In this document: piece after piece, positions 1-14,373 of the stretch
Numbering within the stretch: position 1 is the first letter of the stretch
How the letters are laid out: each line of letters begins with the position of its first letter
Assembly (NCBI RefSeq): GCF_018350175.1
Contig: NC_058368.1
Coordinates: 80,664,001-80,728,000, forward strand
Origin: Felis catus
Taxonomy: Eukaryota
Direction: 5' to 3'
DNA length: 64,000 nt
The notes under the pieces: model-generated
Told to the model about the DNA's origin: nothing
Databases searched by the model: none
Seen by the model: only the letters and a program-made list of their open reading frames with translations
Made by a program: the position numbers and the translations under genes

Positions 1-102
1 TGTCCGCACAGAGCCTGACGCGGGGCTCAAACTCACGAGCTGTGAGATCATGACCTGAGCTGAAAGTCGGATGCTCAACCGACTGAGCTACCCAGGTGCC
101 CC
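1..102 (-). mobile_element. CanSINE (tRNA-derived carnivore SINE), 5' part, cut by the window edge
   Basis: gagatcatgacctgagctgaa...gactgagctacccaggtgcccc is the reverse complement of the CanSINE head. Confidence 0.92.
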
Positions 103-3100
103 AGCAATGACTAGTTTTAATAAACACAAGGGATAGGCGTGCATTTTTCGTAGAATGTTACAGCAGCTTCCATGGACCTTTGCTGTGCTCTGGAGAAATA
201 GTGCGTGTCTTTCCTCTTGGCTCCTTGAGTTGCTTGGAGCCTCTGCATCCTGGACCAAGGGGAGACCGAGACAGCTGGCCCAGCCTCTGTACACAGAGAC
301 CCGCATTGGCCCCAAGCCCTACTTGTGCTGTTTTTCCTTTTCCCTTTGCTTCCCAAGATTAACTAACACCTTAACCAAGATTGCTTTTTAGTCTGTACCT
401 CCTGGCTAACGGAGTCATGTAAGAAGGAGCACCATGAAGGATTCTGGGTTTGGGTTTGAAGACTGTGTTAGGAGGTTTGTGTCAGGCAGCTGATACTCTT
501 GAGTGTCCCCACCCTGTAAAAAATAACCCTGTTCCCCCAATACTGCCTTTTTTAAACAGGCACATAGACTTGTGCAGAGCCAGGATTTGTGCCCAGGTCT
601 GCTGGGTGCCCGGGGCTGGTCCCTGGTGTATCACCGTGCGGTCGTGGACATCTGTCTGCTGAGGCCGGCTTCTTGCAGCAATCTGTATCCCAGTGGAACC
701 AAGGCTTCTGCTGGAGCTTTTGCAGTGAGCCTTTAGTATTGGGAAGAAATCTATCCCAAGGCCTCGTGAATCCCCGAATTTAGAAATATTATAACGTTTT
801 TTCAAAAGACACAATAACTTAAAACCTTTGCATGGCCCTTCCAGACTCTTCTGGGAACCTGTGGAGACTAGAGAGCTCTGTTCAATCAGTACCTGCCGGT
901 GGGGGATTGGGGTTGGGGGTGGATTGTGGAGGGGGAGGGGTGGTTTGGAACTGCTTCCTGCAGCAGCAAGGGCAGGCTGTTCCTTCCTGTTATTCCCCAG
1001 AGGCTCAAGTCTGGTCTTCGAATCTGTGTTCTGAGAATGTAAGTACAGTTTAAGTAGACTGGGTTGAAAGGAAACGTGCAAGGATGATTTTTCCCTTGTG
1101 TAGGGAGGGGCGGGTGGCTTATTTCCTGTTGTCTGAATCTGTTACTGTTTCAAGGGCGTGCTTAGGACCAAACCAAAGTTGTTTCTAAAAGTTGGGTTTT
1201 AGTTAATGATGATCTTTCCATCTTGATCAAATCTCTAAGAAAACTTGTTTCTTCTTATATGTAAATAAGTTATTTTTAAAAGATTCAATGACCTAAAATA
1301 TGAAACCTACCAAAATTTGCGGTGAAATTTGCAACTCCCGTGTAAAATCTGCGATACTGAGCGCTCCTTTAATGGTGGTAATGAAGTGAGTTTCTGTGCG
1401 TCTGCGGGGTAATGAAGTCAGTCCTTTTGTTTTGTGTTGCTGTAATGGCTGACAGCTCTGGGATTGTCTGTGTGGTTTGCCTGATGTCCTCCTCCTGTGT
1501 GGCCCCATTGTTTGGCGGGGGCTCTCCACGCCTCACGCCTGAGGGAGAGCTCGCTGAGGCGGAGGCCGGCCTCCCTCCCCAGCTGTGGAGCAGAGGCTGC
1601 TCTGCTGTGAGACGTGTGGGACCGGCCTTCGTGGCATGGAGCGCTGGAGCCTGGCGGGGGAGTCACATGGGGTCCTGTAGCAGCCTGAGCGCGCGCAAGT
1701 CCCGGAGGGGGAGACAGGTGCTCTGGAGCTGGGGAGGGGGCGGGGAGGGGGTGGCTCCTGGTGTCAGCCGGACTCGGTCAGGTCAGCCCTGTCTGGTCTG
1801 GGGCGAGTGTTTGGTGGGACAGCTGAGTGTGACGGGGAGTGTTGGGACGGGAGGATTACAGAACTTGTCCTTAGCGCACACTGGAAGAGCATGTTTCTAA
1901 CTGGTGGTTGACATTAACTAACTTGACTGCCTTGATGTCACTTTTTGGCAGAGGTTTCTTTGGCATTGTTTCTGGTACATTCTTACGGGAGGCTTTTATA
2001 TCCGCATACTGTGCTTGGTGCTGTGATGGGGGAAATGCCGTCTTACTATCGTCACACGCTGGGGAGGTGTTCTTGCACTTGTCTCCCTCCTCCTATAAAA
2101 GGTGTGCGGGTTTTCACATGTGCTCTGCTGCAGCTTTGTAGTGTTTGTATTCCTGACATGAGATCCTCATTTAATTTTTGTTGGAACACTGAAGATTTTT
2201 CATCTTTACTGTGACAGAGTTTTTGTTTTTAGTTCAAGGAATAGTCTACTTGGTTGACTTCATGTCACTTTAGAAGGACAAGATCTGGTTGAAAGTCTGA
2301 TTTTCTGCTACAGTGGCTGGTGTCACAGTATGTTCTCTGCCCACTGTTCCTTTGACATTCGTGCCCAATGACCATTTCTTCGAAGGAAGACATTGTAATC
2401 CTAGGATCGACACCCAGATTTCCCCACAAAGGCATGAGCTCCTGGAGCGCCGCCCCCTCCCTGTGGCCCGCTCCCCCACTCCTGCATGAATAGGCCCATT
2501 CAGGGGCGAAACCAGAGCCGGAGTCTCAGTGAAAGCAGCCGATTGTCTTCATCACACACAGCATAGCATAGTGTGGAAGCTACTCACTCGGGTTTGCGTT
2601 TCCTCGTGAGGGACCATGCTCTTTGGTCAGCGCACAGAAAACGTACTGAACAGGTGGAGAATCCGTGGTGTGTGTTATTGGTGTGGAAATCTAAACTGGG
2701 CTTACTGATCACTTCTACCTGTTTAAGCACGTATTTTAATTACCAACTTGGGGGGAAGCCGGACCACGTTTGTCTTTATTCTGCACAGCTTTTCTGCAGG
2801 ACCTAGGCAACTTGTTTTGGAAGACGAAATCAGGCGTTTGTAGGACTCTAGTGGATGCTCAGAAGATATGTGTGACGTGATTTTCTGAGGAAAGAAGGTG
2901 CTGGTCTGTGGCCAGAGGGGGATGGAAAGTGGTTGAGGAAGGGGTTATGTTCCTCGCTTCTGTCAAGTCCCACTGCCCTCGGCCTGGCAGCCGGAGAGGC
3001 GGTGAGGGGGCCGTGCGGCCGCAGATCAAGATGCACACGCCGGCCCCGCTCTTGGCTGGCTGTCTGATTTGGGGGGATACTTACCCTCTCCACTTGAATC

Positions 3101-3283
3101 TTGGCCTCTTCAAGAGGAAGACTTTGAGGATTAGAGCTGCTAGCGTAGAGCACCCTGCTGGGCTCCGAGGGTGTGCTCAGCCTCGGTGAGGAGTCTCCTG
3201 CCTGCCCTCGTCCAGGCAGCTTCCCACCCTGCCTGGGGAGGGCCTTTGCTCTTGGCAGTTACTGATGCCAAGAGGCTTATTTT

Positions 3284-3488
3284 TTATTTTTCATAGATAA
3301 CATTTGTATTGTTAGAGGGCAAATTGGGGAGAAGGGCAGAAGCGGGGGGAAGGAGAAGAGAGTCCCGAGCAGGCCCTATGTTCAGCACAGACCTCCTGAT
3401 ACAGGGCTCGATCCCACAACCCTGACATCATGACCTGAGCTGAGATCAGGAGCTGGACCCTCAACTGATGGAGCCACGCAAGCGAACT
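3284..3488 (-). mobile_element. Older CanSINE
   Basis: T-rich tail, catcatgacctgagctgagatcag core, decayed TSD gaggc(t/g)tatttt. Confidence 0.85.
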
Positions 3489-3764
3489 GAGGCGTATTTT
3501 TCAGCCCAGCTGTTTTGCATTTTTTAAAAACCTGTTTTTAGGAATTATAAAGTTGTTTTCATTGAATTTGCTGTACTAACATTAGGGTATCAGGAAACAT
3601 TTTAAGGTTGATTCATCTTTGTTCTGTCTTTAAAGTAGTGGCTTCTTAAGGATTTTCTACTGGTGGACCTTTGATATTTAATAAATGTGTATAAGATCTG
3701 AGACTGTTCTCTAATGAAATTGATTTAGATTTGCTAGGTGCAATCTGAAGAGCAAACTAGATGT

Positions 3765-4080
3765 TTTTAGTTGAAATATATTTTACATATGTTAAAATAC
3801 ATGGATCTTAACTGTAGAGTTCATGGAGCTTGGACAAGGTCTATAACAGCTACTCAAATTACAATATAGAACATGTCCGTCACCCTGGAAACTTTGGCCC
3901 CTTTCCCCATTGTCACTTCTCCCCCCTTCTGATTTCTGCCCTCCTAGATTAGTTTTGCCTGTTCTTGGACTTACTATAAGTGGGATGTACAGGATATCCT
4001 TTTTGTGAGTGGCTGGCTGCTTATGCACGACACAGTGTCAGAGATTGATCCTTGTGTCCTTGCTGTTGTGGTTACCAGTG
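3765..4080 (-). mobile_element. Ancient L1 (L1M-type) 3' end fragment
   Basis: Typical antisense L1M 3' UTR motifs (tatagaacat...tcaccctggaaa; ttctgatttct...tagattagttttgcctgttcttgga). Confidence 0.65.
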
Positions 4081-4156
4081 GTTTCTTCTTTGCATCTGAA
4101 CAGATGGGGCAGTACTGCAGTACTTTCTGATGATGGAGTTGGTTTCAGCCTCACTC

Positions 4157-4579
4157 TTTTTTTTTTTTTTAATTTTTTTTTAACGTTTATTTATTTTTGA
4201 GACAGAGAGAGACAGAGCATGAACAGGGGAGGGTCACAGAGAGAGGGAGACACAGAATCTGAAACAGGCTCCAGGCTCTGAGCTGTCAGCACAGAGCCCG
4301 ATGCGGGGCTCAAACCCACGGACCGTGAGATCATGACCTGAGCTGAAGTCGGACGCTTAACCGACCGAGTCACCCAGGCGCCCCCCTCATTCTTCATTTT
4401 GTTTAAAGTTTATTTATTTTGAGGTGGGAGGAGGGAAAGAGAGGCGAAGAGAGAGTCCCAAGCAGGCTCCATACTCAGCATGGAGTCTGAAGCTCTTCAA
4501 TCCAGTGAACCGTGAGATCATGACCTGAGTCGAAATCGGTAGTCACATGCTCACCTGACTGGGCCACCCTGGCGCTCCC
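4157..4579 (-). mobile_element. Two tandem CanSINEs (young SINEC_Fc-like 4157-4384; older 4397-4579)
   Basis: Two poly-T tails, two heads ending gcgcccc / gcgctccc, related flanks gcctcactct / cctcattct / gcctcgttct. Confidence 0.92.
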
Positions 4580-4808
4580 AGCCTCGTTCTAGGTGTGCCT
4601 GTGTTATGCGTGTGGCAATGAGATGAAGTCTGTTACGTAGCTATAGTAAGAATTCGGTACGTGGGTTTTGGTAGTTAAGTCAAGGAGGTGATGATATCAA
4701 GCACACTAGTATTAATGCAGAAGCAACCTGTAAAGTGAATGATGCTGATGCACTTGTCAAAGCTCATGAGTTTTAGTGGCGAATAATGCTGTTCACCATT
4801 TGTTGTAG

Positions 4809-4903
4809 GTGCTACAGAATATTTTGGAAACTGAAAATGAGTATTCTAAAGAACTTCAGACTGTGCTTTCTACCTACCTGCGGCCTTTGCAGACCAGCGA
4901 GAA
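4809..4903 (+). CDS. ARHGEF7: ARHGEF7 exon, start of DH domain ([32 protein letters not shown])
   Basis: tgttgtag| acceptor, |gtaagt donor, open frame, phase 0 to 2. Confidence 0.96.
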
Positions 4904-7900
4904 GTAAGTTGGACGATAAACTGTGTTAATTGCAGCATTGTCATTGCCTAGGCTGTTTGCTCAGGTTTCCACAGAATGGAGGGTGGAACGGAACCCACTG
5001 TACCAGTTTGCTGTAGAAGTAAGGATTTTAGCGGGTTAGAGACTCAAACAGGGCCCTGGGGTGAGACAGGAGAGTGACACGGTACATAATAGTCTCACTG
5101 TTCTTTTTCTTGGCTCTAGGTTAAGTTCAGCAAACATTTCATATTTAATGGGAAATCTAGAAGAGATATGTTCTTTCCAGCAAATGCTTGTACAGTCTTT
5201 AGAAGAATGCACCAAGTAAGTACGACGCTAAAAATCTGTGAAATTCAGATTAGTACAACGGGTAGGTATAGAATGTGCTTTGATCTGATTCTAGAACTCC
5301 TATTTCCAAAGATGGAAACTGTTAGTTTGAATCTTTTGGGTTATCAACCCTTCTAGTAGAAGCTGTGTTTCTGACGTCTGGTTTTTCTAGTTGGGGTCTT
5401 TGAAGGCGAGGTCTCCTGATGAGAAAGGAGAGCGTCTTGCCGGGAGCAGCGAAGTTTATGGTGTTGGGCCGATGGGGGAGGAGCCTGAGGAGGAAGAGGC
5501 TCTGTGCGCGGGTTGCTCCTGGCTGCCCGGAAGCCAAGGATAGTGAAATGCAGTGTCTGGAACGTGCTGCCCGCACGTACCCGGCTTGGTTTTCTTTCCA
5601 AGGTGTTTTTGGGGTGGGGAGGCATGTTCTGAATTGATTGGCCACCAGATTGGCTTTTTTTTTTTTTTTTTCTTTTTTTTTTTTTTTCTGTGCGACTCTT
5701 TTGTTCTTGGTTAACGTGAGACATTTAAGGGTTAGGGTCAGTTTACTGATCTCAGTAGCGTAGTTCACTTAGTTGACCAAGTGCCTGCTGGGTGTTGGAG
5801 GACTTGAAGTCTTGACATATGTGAGAACTTTGTAGGTTTTAGGTCACCATGTGACATTTGAGGTTTATTTACCTGTGGACTTGATGCAAGAGGGGGGCAC
5901 TTGTTATTGCAATTTCTATTTCTTTAGCCGACAGAAGGATGAGGTAACTTTTTCCCTTGGGATCTGGTTGGTCTCTGGTTTGTCCTTCCTGTAGTTTGTC
6001 TTAGTCTGGGAAGTGGCGAGGGGTGCTCTGCCCCCTGGGCCCCAGGCGCACAGCTGGCTGTGCTCGGAGTAGGTTTCAGGCCCCTCCAGGCCCTTCATCC
6101 CGGAAGGTGTGCAGGGGAAGCGCAGAGTGAGTGCTGGCCTTCAGACAAATTCACGTTGCTTCCTTCTGGAGCGGTTTGGTTCATGTGAATGGCCTGACTT
6201 AGGTGGCCATGAAGAGAGGAGTTTGGCAATCACTGCTTTCCTTTTGGTAAATGAAGGTGATTGGCCCTCAGTTTGGGGTCTGCAGGAGGCCAGCCCCGGG
6301 GTGTGCAAGTGGAAGTCGGCGTTTGCCCCTGCTTCCCCCACCGGCTGTCGAGAACTTGGACTGAAGGAGTTCATATTTTTACAGTACGTTTGTGGCGCCT
6401 CTTCTGGGCCTCCCCTCAGGCTTGTGAAAGCACGTGGATCTCCCCGTCTGCACCGCAGATGTACGGATCTGAATGCTGAAATTCAGCTGAGAGTCCAGCA
6501 CCCAGTCAGGCCTGTGTTCGCTCTTTACTCAGTAGGACTTAGGTGTTGTTTCGGTTGAGTTCCTCAAGGGCACGGTGCGTTGGCATGAGATGTTGGATTT
6601 GCCATGGTGGAACAGGAGAGCAGAGGGTCGGAGATGAGCTTTCCTGATCAACCTTTCCCCTTATCTTTGATCGTGAGTGTTCTGAAAGTCCTCAGATCGG
6701 AGCAGAGCTCAGGTTCACAGTTCGAGGTGTCGTCGTCCCCTCCGCCCATGTCCCATCAGCTCACGTTCAGCCAGATCCTGTGGTTTTCTCTTGGGGTTTA
6801 GCTGCCCTACGCAAGCCAGCCTCGGCTGCCATTGGCCCCGAGGTACAGAGAACCGGAGACACACCCTGTGTCCTTTCCTTCTCCAAATGCCAGCCGTCTC
6901 CAGAATCTTCGTCCCTGATGTTCTACCACCTGCAGAGGTTGGTTTTATATTTTGTTCAAGGTTTGTGTATCTGCAGGAGGGAGAAGTCCGTTTGATAGGA
7001 ATGGTGAGGCTGTAGCCGGAGGTGGAATGTTGTAGATGATTGCGCCCAGCTGAGGGCTTGGCCTCCATCTTGGAGTTGGCCGTGCCTGTCTGGTTAGGAC
7101 GGCCCCACGTGCGCGTTTCTGCTTCCACTGGTGGTGCTGATCATCGCTTTCTGTTCTTCCTGTTACTGTGAGCTCACGGCCTTTCCAGGCTCAGCAACTG
7201 CCCCGGCCTAGACCTGGGAGGAGATGGGTCTGTGGCTGTGCTCTGTCTCCAGCTTTTACCTGAAGGGAAGGCGGGCTGTAGTGTGTGTGTGTGCGCACGC
7301 GCATGCACGCGTCTTGATGCTGCTTAAGTAGAAACCTTGCCAACAAGTAGTCATGTTTTAGAATTCTCCTTTTGTACAAAACTTAAAGGTTCATGATCTG
7401 CATTTCTCTCACCATCCAAAGTCGGACTTGTGGCGTTTTGGCTGTGCTGTGCGCAGGTGGGTTGTGGCGGCTGGATGCTGGAGAAAAGGAAGGGCGTTAG
7501 TTTGGTGCTTCCTAGCAGAGCCGCTTTCGAGGTAGATACCTCTCCCTGCTGGACTGCCGGTGTGAACACTTAGGTTCTGGGATTTGTCTATTTTGTTTTC
7601 ACGGAGGTGGTCTACAAGGAGGTCTCAGATTTTGTGTTCATTACTTGGCAGTTTTCTTTCTATGAAATTTAGGATTATTTCCTTTGTGTTGTGTATCTCT
7701 AGGTTGCCAGAAGCTCAGCAGAGAGTTGGAGGATGCTTTTTAAATCTGATGCCACAGATGAAAACCTTGTACCTTGCGTATTGTGCCAACCACCCGTCTG
7801 CAGTGAACGTTCTCACGGAGCACAGGTGCGCTTGCCAGACACCCTTACCTGGAGGGCAGGGACTTCTTGGCAAGGGGTTCCCTCCACGTTGGCTTGTGTG

Positions 7901-8569
7901 GGCCACACGTTACATGAAATACAGTGCTGGTATTCACTTGTTTGTTCAACGATTATTGTGTTTTAATTACCTCTTAAGCTGAGTGCCTGAGAAGCATTGG
8001 TACGGGGTCTCTGAGGTTCTGAGTAGCATTTTTGGAGTAGAAAACGGTGTTTCCAAAGTCTCCCTTCAGCCTAGAGCCCTTGGGAAAGTGGATTTGAGGA
8101 GCTGGTAGGGTTCTGGAATGGAGCTGTAGGCTAAATCCAGGATGCCAGAATCCCATTTCTCTTAGTTCCTAAGAGTGGAAGTATGGAGTGTAATTAGATT
8201 GGCTGTGAGAGAAAATGCTGGATTAAAAAATATGGCCAGTATACATAATTACACATATGCCAAGGTTTTACTGTGTGTGTGTGCGTGTACATATATATTT
8301 ATGTATCTGTATACATAAATTGTTTTTATGTAGTAGAACCTCGGTTTATGAGCATAATTTGTTTGGAAAACATGCTTGTAGCCCAGAGCACTCATACATC
8401 AAAGCGAATTTCAGGAACCATTGACTTGGTTGTGATCATGTGACATTTGGCGTCCGATATGACTCGTATTGCAAGACATTGCTCGTTTATCTAGTTAAAA
8501 TTTATTAGAAATGTTTGTCTTGCAGAATACTCGCACAGCAAGTTACTTGCGATTCAAGGTTTCAGTGTA

Positions 8570-8600
<31 letters not shown>

Positions 8601-11600
8601 ATAAAAATATAAAACGCCTGGCAGAGAAAATATTTTGGTAATGCTGAGTGTGCTCTTCAAACGCTACATTATTCTATGCCCAAAAATTGCAAGGCCATAT
8701 CTCTAGGGCTTTGGTACCTAATGACGTAGCTGTGTAAATTTAGATTTAAATTCATTTAAGCATTAATTAAAAAGTAATTAAAAATTCAGTTTGACTAGCC
8801 ACATTTCATGCACTCAGTAGTCATACGGGCCTGGCCTGAGAGCAGTGCATAGAATACATTTATCATAGGAACTTTCATTGCTTAACGGTAGTCTGAACAC
8901 ACGTGTGAGCAACCATGTGTGGTTTGGAATGAATTGTAGCCTGTATGAAAATTACCTGTCATGAGCACAGAACTGAGTGTCTCCCTGCATTCTGCTTTGC
9001 ACATGTTAGATATTCCTCTGTTGTGTTAGAGGAGCTTATTAGCTCATCTGTACAATACTCCTATACTTTGGGTGTATTATGTAAAGAGAACTATAAAAAA
9101 ATAAAATAAAATTAGGGCTGGGTCTTACAGGTACAACCTTAAATTGGAGACCATTGGCTTCAGCTTTTCAACCTGGAACAAAATTAAAACAAGTGAAACA
9201 GACTGTACAGATTCCTGCTGGTTTGGCGAGAAAAGCCCATGTCTTTTCCCAAGAACCGGAAGGTGCTGGAAGAGTGGCTCAGTCACTGGCCGGGGCCGCT
9301 CTGAGCGCAGAGATTCTGTTTTTGCTTCTCAGGCATGAACTTTTAGTTAAGTGTGTTAGGAAAATTTTCACAGTGACTTTTGAAAACAGCAGTTTAAAAA
9401 TTTTTTTAAACCATAAATGAACAAAAATTTTAGTAGCATGAAGGGTAAGTTAAAGTTATATATATTACAAATTTTTTTCTAATGTTTATTTTTGAGAGCG
9501 AGAGAGTGAGTGGGGGAGGGGTGGAGAGGGAGAAGGAAACACAGAATCTGAAGCAGGCTCCAGGCTGCCAGCTGTCAGCACAGAGCCTGACGCAGGGCTC
9601 AAACTCACAACTGGTAAGATCATGACCCGAGCTGAAATCGGTTGCTCAACCGACTGAGCCACCCATGTGTCCCTAGTTAAGTGTGTGTGTGTGTGTGTGT
9701 GTATACATACATACATATGTAATTTTAATTTTAGTTAAAAGTTTTTTTTAACGTTTATTATTGAGGGACAGAGCATGAGCATGGGCGGGGCAGAGAGAGG
9801 GAGACACAGAATCTGAAGCAGGCCCCAAGCTATGAGCTGTCAGCATAGAGCCCAACGAGGGGCTCAAACTCACAAACCACAAACAAGATCATGACCTGAG
9901 CCGAAGTCGGGCGCTTAACCGACTGAGCCACCCAGGTGCCCCAAGTATATATTTTTTAAGTTGATTTAGTTTTGAGAGAGATGCAGTGCAAGTGGGGAAG
10001 GGGCAGGGAGAGAGGATCCCAAGCTGACTCTGTACTGTCAGAGTCACAGCCCGAGGTGGGACTCAAACCCACAACCGTGAGATGATGACCTGAGCCAAAA
10101 TCAAGAGTCAGATGCTTAACTGACTGAGCTACGCAGGCGCCCCAGTTATAGTTAAATAGTTAATGAAGTATTTCAACTTAAAACTTAAGGACTGTTGGTA
10201 AGCAGACATGGCTGGGCTCTTTGTAAACTGAGCTGAGGCTCAAGTGTACCATCCTGTGAGTGTGGCTGGTTTGGTGGCAGTGGAGGGAGGGCCTCTGGCT
10301 TGTTTTGGCCTGGTTTGAGCCCTGCCTCAAACTCAGCTGGTGAGCTGTGGGTAAGTCCCCTGTTTTCCCTGGGTTTTAGATCCCTTCTGTGAGTGCCGAT
10401 TGGTAGGGTTATTGTAAGCAGTAAGCAAAACGTGTAGACCAGATCCGGGTGAGCGAGGTGAGTGCTCCAGCATGAATGCTAATCGTGGTCCCATCTGCAC
10501 CCCTGTGGAGGACCCTGTGTGTTGACTTTATGGGCGTGCTCAGATACCGCAGGGTCTCCGTGAGCACTAAAACGAAGGAGTACACCTCTGCTGGGGGGCC
10601 AAAGAAAGGGAGGTCAGGATGTACAGGGTTCACAGAAGGGAACCCCGAAGGACTGTGGCGCGCTCTCCTGTTAAGTCTGCCTCCTCACCTTTGTGCCGGA
10701 GGGTGGCTGTGTGGGTGTATACCTTCCTAAAACCACGAAGCCTGTGTGCCCGTGAGTGTTCTGCCACCTCCTCCTGGGAATTAGGATGTCCACAGAAGTT
10801 AAATGCAAGGATTACCTTTGTGTTTGTGAGAATCACAATTAGGGATTAGGAATTAGTGACGTGGCAGTGGGGGAGATCTATAGAAAGCAAACAGGATGTT
10901 AGGGTAAAATTGTCATTCTCCCTCCTTTTTGGGGGGTGTGGTTCAGGCTGGGAGTATAGAGAGTGTGGGTAGGGTGGACAGTGTTGGGGCTGATGGTAAA
11001 TATTTTCCCCTGTAGAAGTGAGTCCGGAAGACCACATTTAAAGTGATTCAGACTGTTAGTTTCCAAAAACGTTCAGACTTTGAAGGGAGACGCCTGCGTG
11101 TAGGTGCTGTTTATCCCTCTCGTGTGCTATTACGGCAGTGACCCTTTGCGTCCCCACTGGAATGTCGGTGCCGCCTGTCCCCACGATGACGGGGCAAGCT
11201 CTGTGCCACCTCCCCACGGTGTGTCGCGGGGTGGGGGGAACAAAGCCTGCTCTGGGAGGGCCAGCCTCGGGCCTGTGGGCGCCTGGCGGGGCAGGATGCG
11301 CTGCCTGTGTGCCCTCCTGAGGTCTCTGGGCAGTGAGGGGCCCCGCTCTGCCCGCCAGTCAGACCCTGCTTCCCAAGCGTAAGTTGGTAACTTGAGACGG
11401 GATTGTGGTTGGCCCTTTTCACCACGTTTCATCTGGCGTCTTAACCTGTAACCTCTGTCCTGCTTCCTATGCATGTTGACGTCTTAAAAGCTGCCACGCT
11501 TACAGGTTAATCTGTTTTGTGCTTCAGTATATTTTTGAAGGATTGATTCAGTGTACTGATCTGAAGTTGTACAGACTTTGTTTGCAATCGTAGGATTGTT

Positions 11601-14245
11601 TGTTGTGCTTAAAGTCTGAGTGTGAATCTTGGGAATGCCTGCACAGAACTGCCCATGCTTTGGAGTAAGAACTTATAGGTACCCTTCACGTTATCGCGAT
11701 AGCAGATGTACGTTCCTGGCTGCCTATTTTGAATGAGTTAGGTTTCATAATTCAGTCTGTAAAATGAGTTTTGTTTTTTCCCGGCACTGTAATTGTTAGC
11801 TTTTTGCTTGGCTACATGGTAGTTCTCTGCGTGCGTGTTCCTTTTGTTGGAGTCCACAGTGTCCTTTCAGTAACTGCAGGGGAGATGTGCTGTGTAAGGT
11901 TACCAGCATCAGTAGAAATTAAGCTGAAAGAGCCATTGTTTTGCCGAAGCGGCTGGAACCAGCTGTTTTGTTTTATTGTGCTAGATTTAAAATAGAACAT
12001 GATCTGTAAAGACTGAACTGCACATGTTGTGGCCTTCTAAGATCATGGATGTTGGAAGAAGTTACTTTGGTTTGCATAAATTTCTCTTAAATTCTTAGTT
12101 TCTGGAGGGGTGAGGAATAGAACTTAGTTCTGGTACTTTTTCTCTGCCATAAATACAGTTAGAAAATTTCATATCCTGTAATATCAAACATGACTATTCT
12201 GAATAGACTTTTTCGTGGTTTTTCTTGTTTGGAAAGGCCCTGCATGGATTATAGTTAAAGGAGTTGAGGGGCACCTGGGTGGCGCAGTTGGTTGAGTGTC
12301 CAATTCCTGATCTTGGCTCAGGTTATGATCTCCTGGTTGGTGGGTTTGAGCCCTGTGTCAGGCTCTGAGCATGGAGCCTGCTTGGGGTTTCTCTCTCTTT
12401 CTCTCTCTCCCACTCCCTCCCTCTCTCTCTCCCCCTCCTTCCCTCTCTTTATCCCCCCTCTTCCCCCATCCCCCCTCCCCTTCCCCACTCCCTCCCTCCC
12501 CCTTTCCCCCACTCCCCCCTCCCCCTTTCCCCCACTCCCCCCTCTTCCCCTCACCCTCCTCCCCCCCGTCCCTCACCCTCTTCCCCCCCGTCCCTCACCC
12601 TCTTCCCCCCCGTCCCTCACCCTCTTCCCCCCCCGTCCCTCACCCTCTTCCCCCCCCGTCCCTCACCCTCTTCCCCCCCGTCCCTCACCCTCTTCCCCCC
12701 CCGTCCCTCACCCTCTTCCCCCCCCGTCCCTCACCCTCCTCCCCCCCGTCCCTCACCCTCCTCCCCCCCCGTCCCTCACCCTCTTCCCCCCCGTCCCTCA
12801 CCCTCTTCCCCCCCGTCCCTCACCCTCTTCCCCCCCGTCCCTCACCCTCTTCCCCCCCGTCCCTCACCCTCTTCCCCCCCGTCCCTCACCCTCTTCCCCC
12901 CCGTCCCTCACCCTCTTCCCCCCCCGTCCCTCACCCTCTTCCCCCCCACCGTCCCTCACCCTCTTCCCCCCCACCGTCCCTCACCCTCTTCCCCCCGTCC
13001 CTCACCCTCTTCCCCCCCGTCCCTCACCCTCTTCCCCCCCACCGTCCCTCACCCTCTTCCCCCCCACCGTCCCTCACCCTCTTCCCCCCCCCAGCCCTCA
13101 CCCTCTTCCCCCCCCCCCCCCGGCCCTCACCCTCTTCCCCCCCCCCCCGGCCCTCACCCTCTTCCCCCCCCCAGCCCTCACCCTCTTCCCCCCCCCACCG
13201 TCCCTCACCCTTCCCCCACCCCATGCAGTCTCTAGGTCTCTTAAAAAAAGTAAAGGAGTCAAAATATACTCCTAGTACTATAAAGTTTTGATTTTATGGG
13301 ACTGTGCTTGATCAGTTGTCCAACACTTAGAGAAATGCTGGTAACACATGCATTTCTCCCCTGTAAAGCTGTCATTTCACCCTCCAGTGTAGGGACGGGT
13401 AGGGTAATTGGAGGAGACGGCCATTGCTGAGGAATGAGAAGTGAGGAGAGTGGCACAGGCTCCATGTGTGTGAGACATAAAGCAGTTACAGCCAGAGGGG
13501 CCAGACCCTGGGCTCCCAGGCCCTACTTGGGGTCAGCCCCCACCTGTTGGCAAGGACGATGGAGACCTCCACACCCACTGGGTGCCTTCCCTTGTGGGTG
13601 TGTGTGCTAATGACGCCATGTGGCAGGGCCAGGTGCCGTTGCTGGGGATTCGGATGCCCAGCCATAGTCCCCTTTCCTCTGTCCTTCCCAGGCCTTTCTG
13701 CAGTTGTCCCTCCATTTAAGCTGAGCACAGGGGAGTGGCTGGGAGGATCCTCCTGGGGGCACTCCTCGGCTACCTGCCCCTCCTAGAGGAGAGAAGTCCG
13801 TGTGGAAGAAGGGAGGAGGCACAGGTGCTCCCGGGTGCTGCTCATGGCTAACAGAGCCCCATGGTCCCTGGCGTGGACCCTGGGCCACCACCGTGCCAGG
13901 TTTCCGTCCTCGAAGTCCCAGGATTTTCCTGACAGAACCATCCTCTGAAGACCTGGGGTTCTGAACACAGATATGTTGACTCATGTCTTGTGCGCACACA
14001 CACATACCGACACACCACCAGAGAAGGCTCAACAACTTCTTTGGTTTTAAGTTGTATCACCATGAAGGGCTGAGCTACAGGGATGAAAATCATTTTCTTG
14101 TCCTTGTAAGAGTGTTGTTTTTATAATTAGGATTAGGTGAAACCTCCCTTTTTTATAATTGGCTTTGACTTTGATAATACCTTCAAAATATGTATATATG
14201 TTTCTTTAAAGGGTTGATTTAAAAACCTGTAAATGTATGTATGTA

Positions 14246-14297
<52 letters not shown>

Positions 14298-14326
14298 GAT
14301 GGGTGTAGATGGATGGGTGTATGTAT

Positions 14327-14373
<47 letters not shown>

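Noticed and set aside
12548..13216. Regular ~22-bp repeats as a CRISPR-like array
   Set aside because: Head-to-tail units with no unique spacers, no cas genes, mammalian context
12292..13291. 327-aa and 306-aa proline-rich ORFs
   Set aside because: Translations of a SINE plus C-rich minisatellite; stop codons are absent only because of base composition
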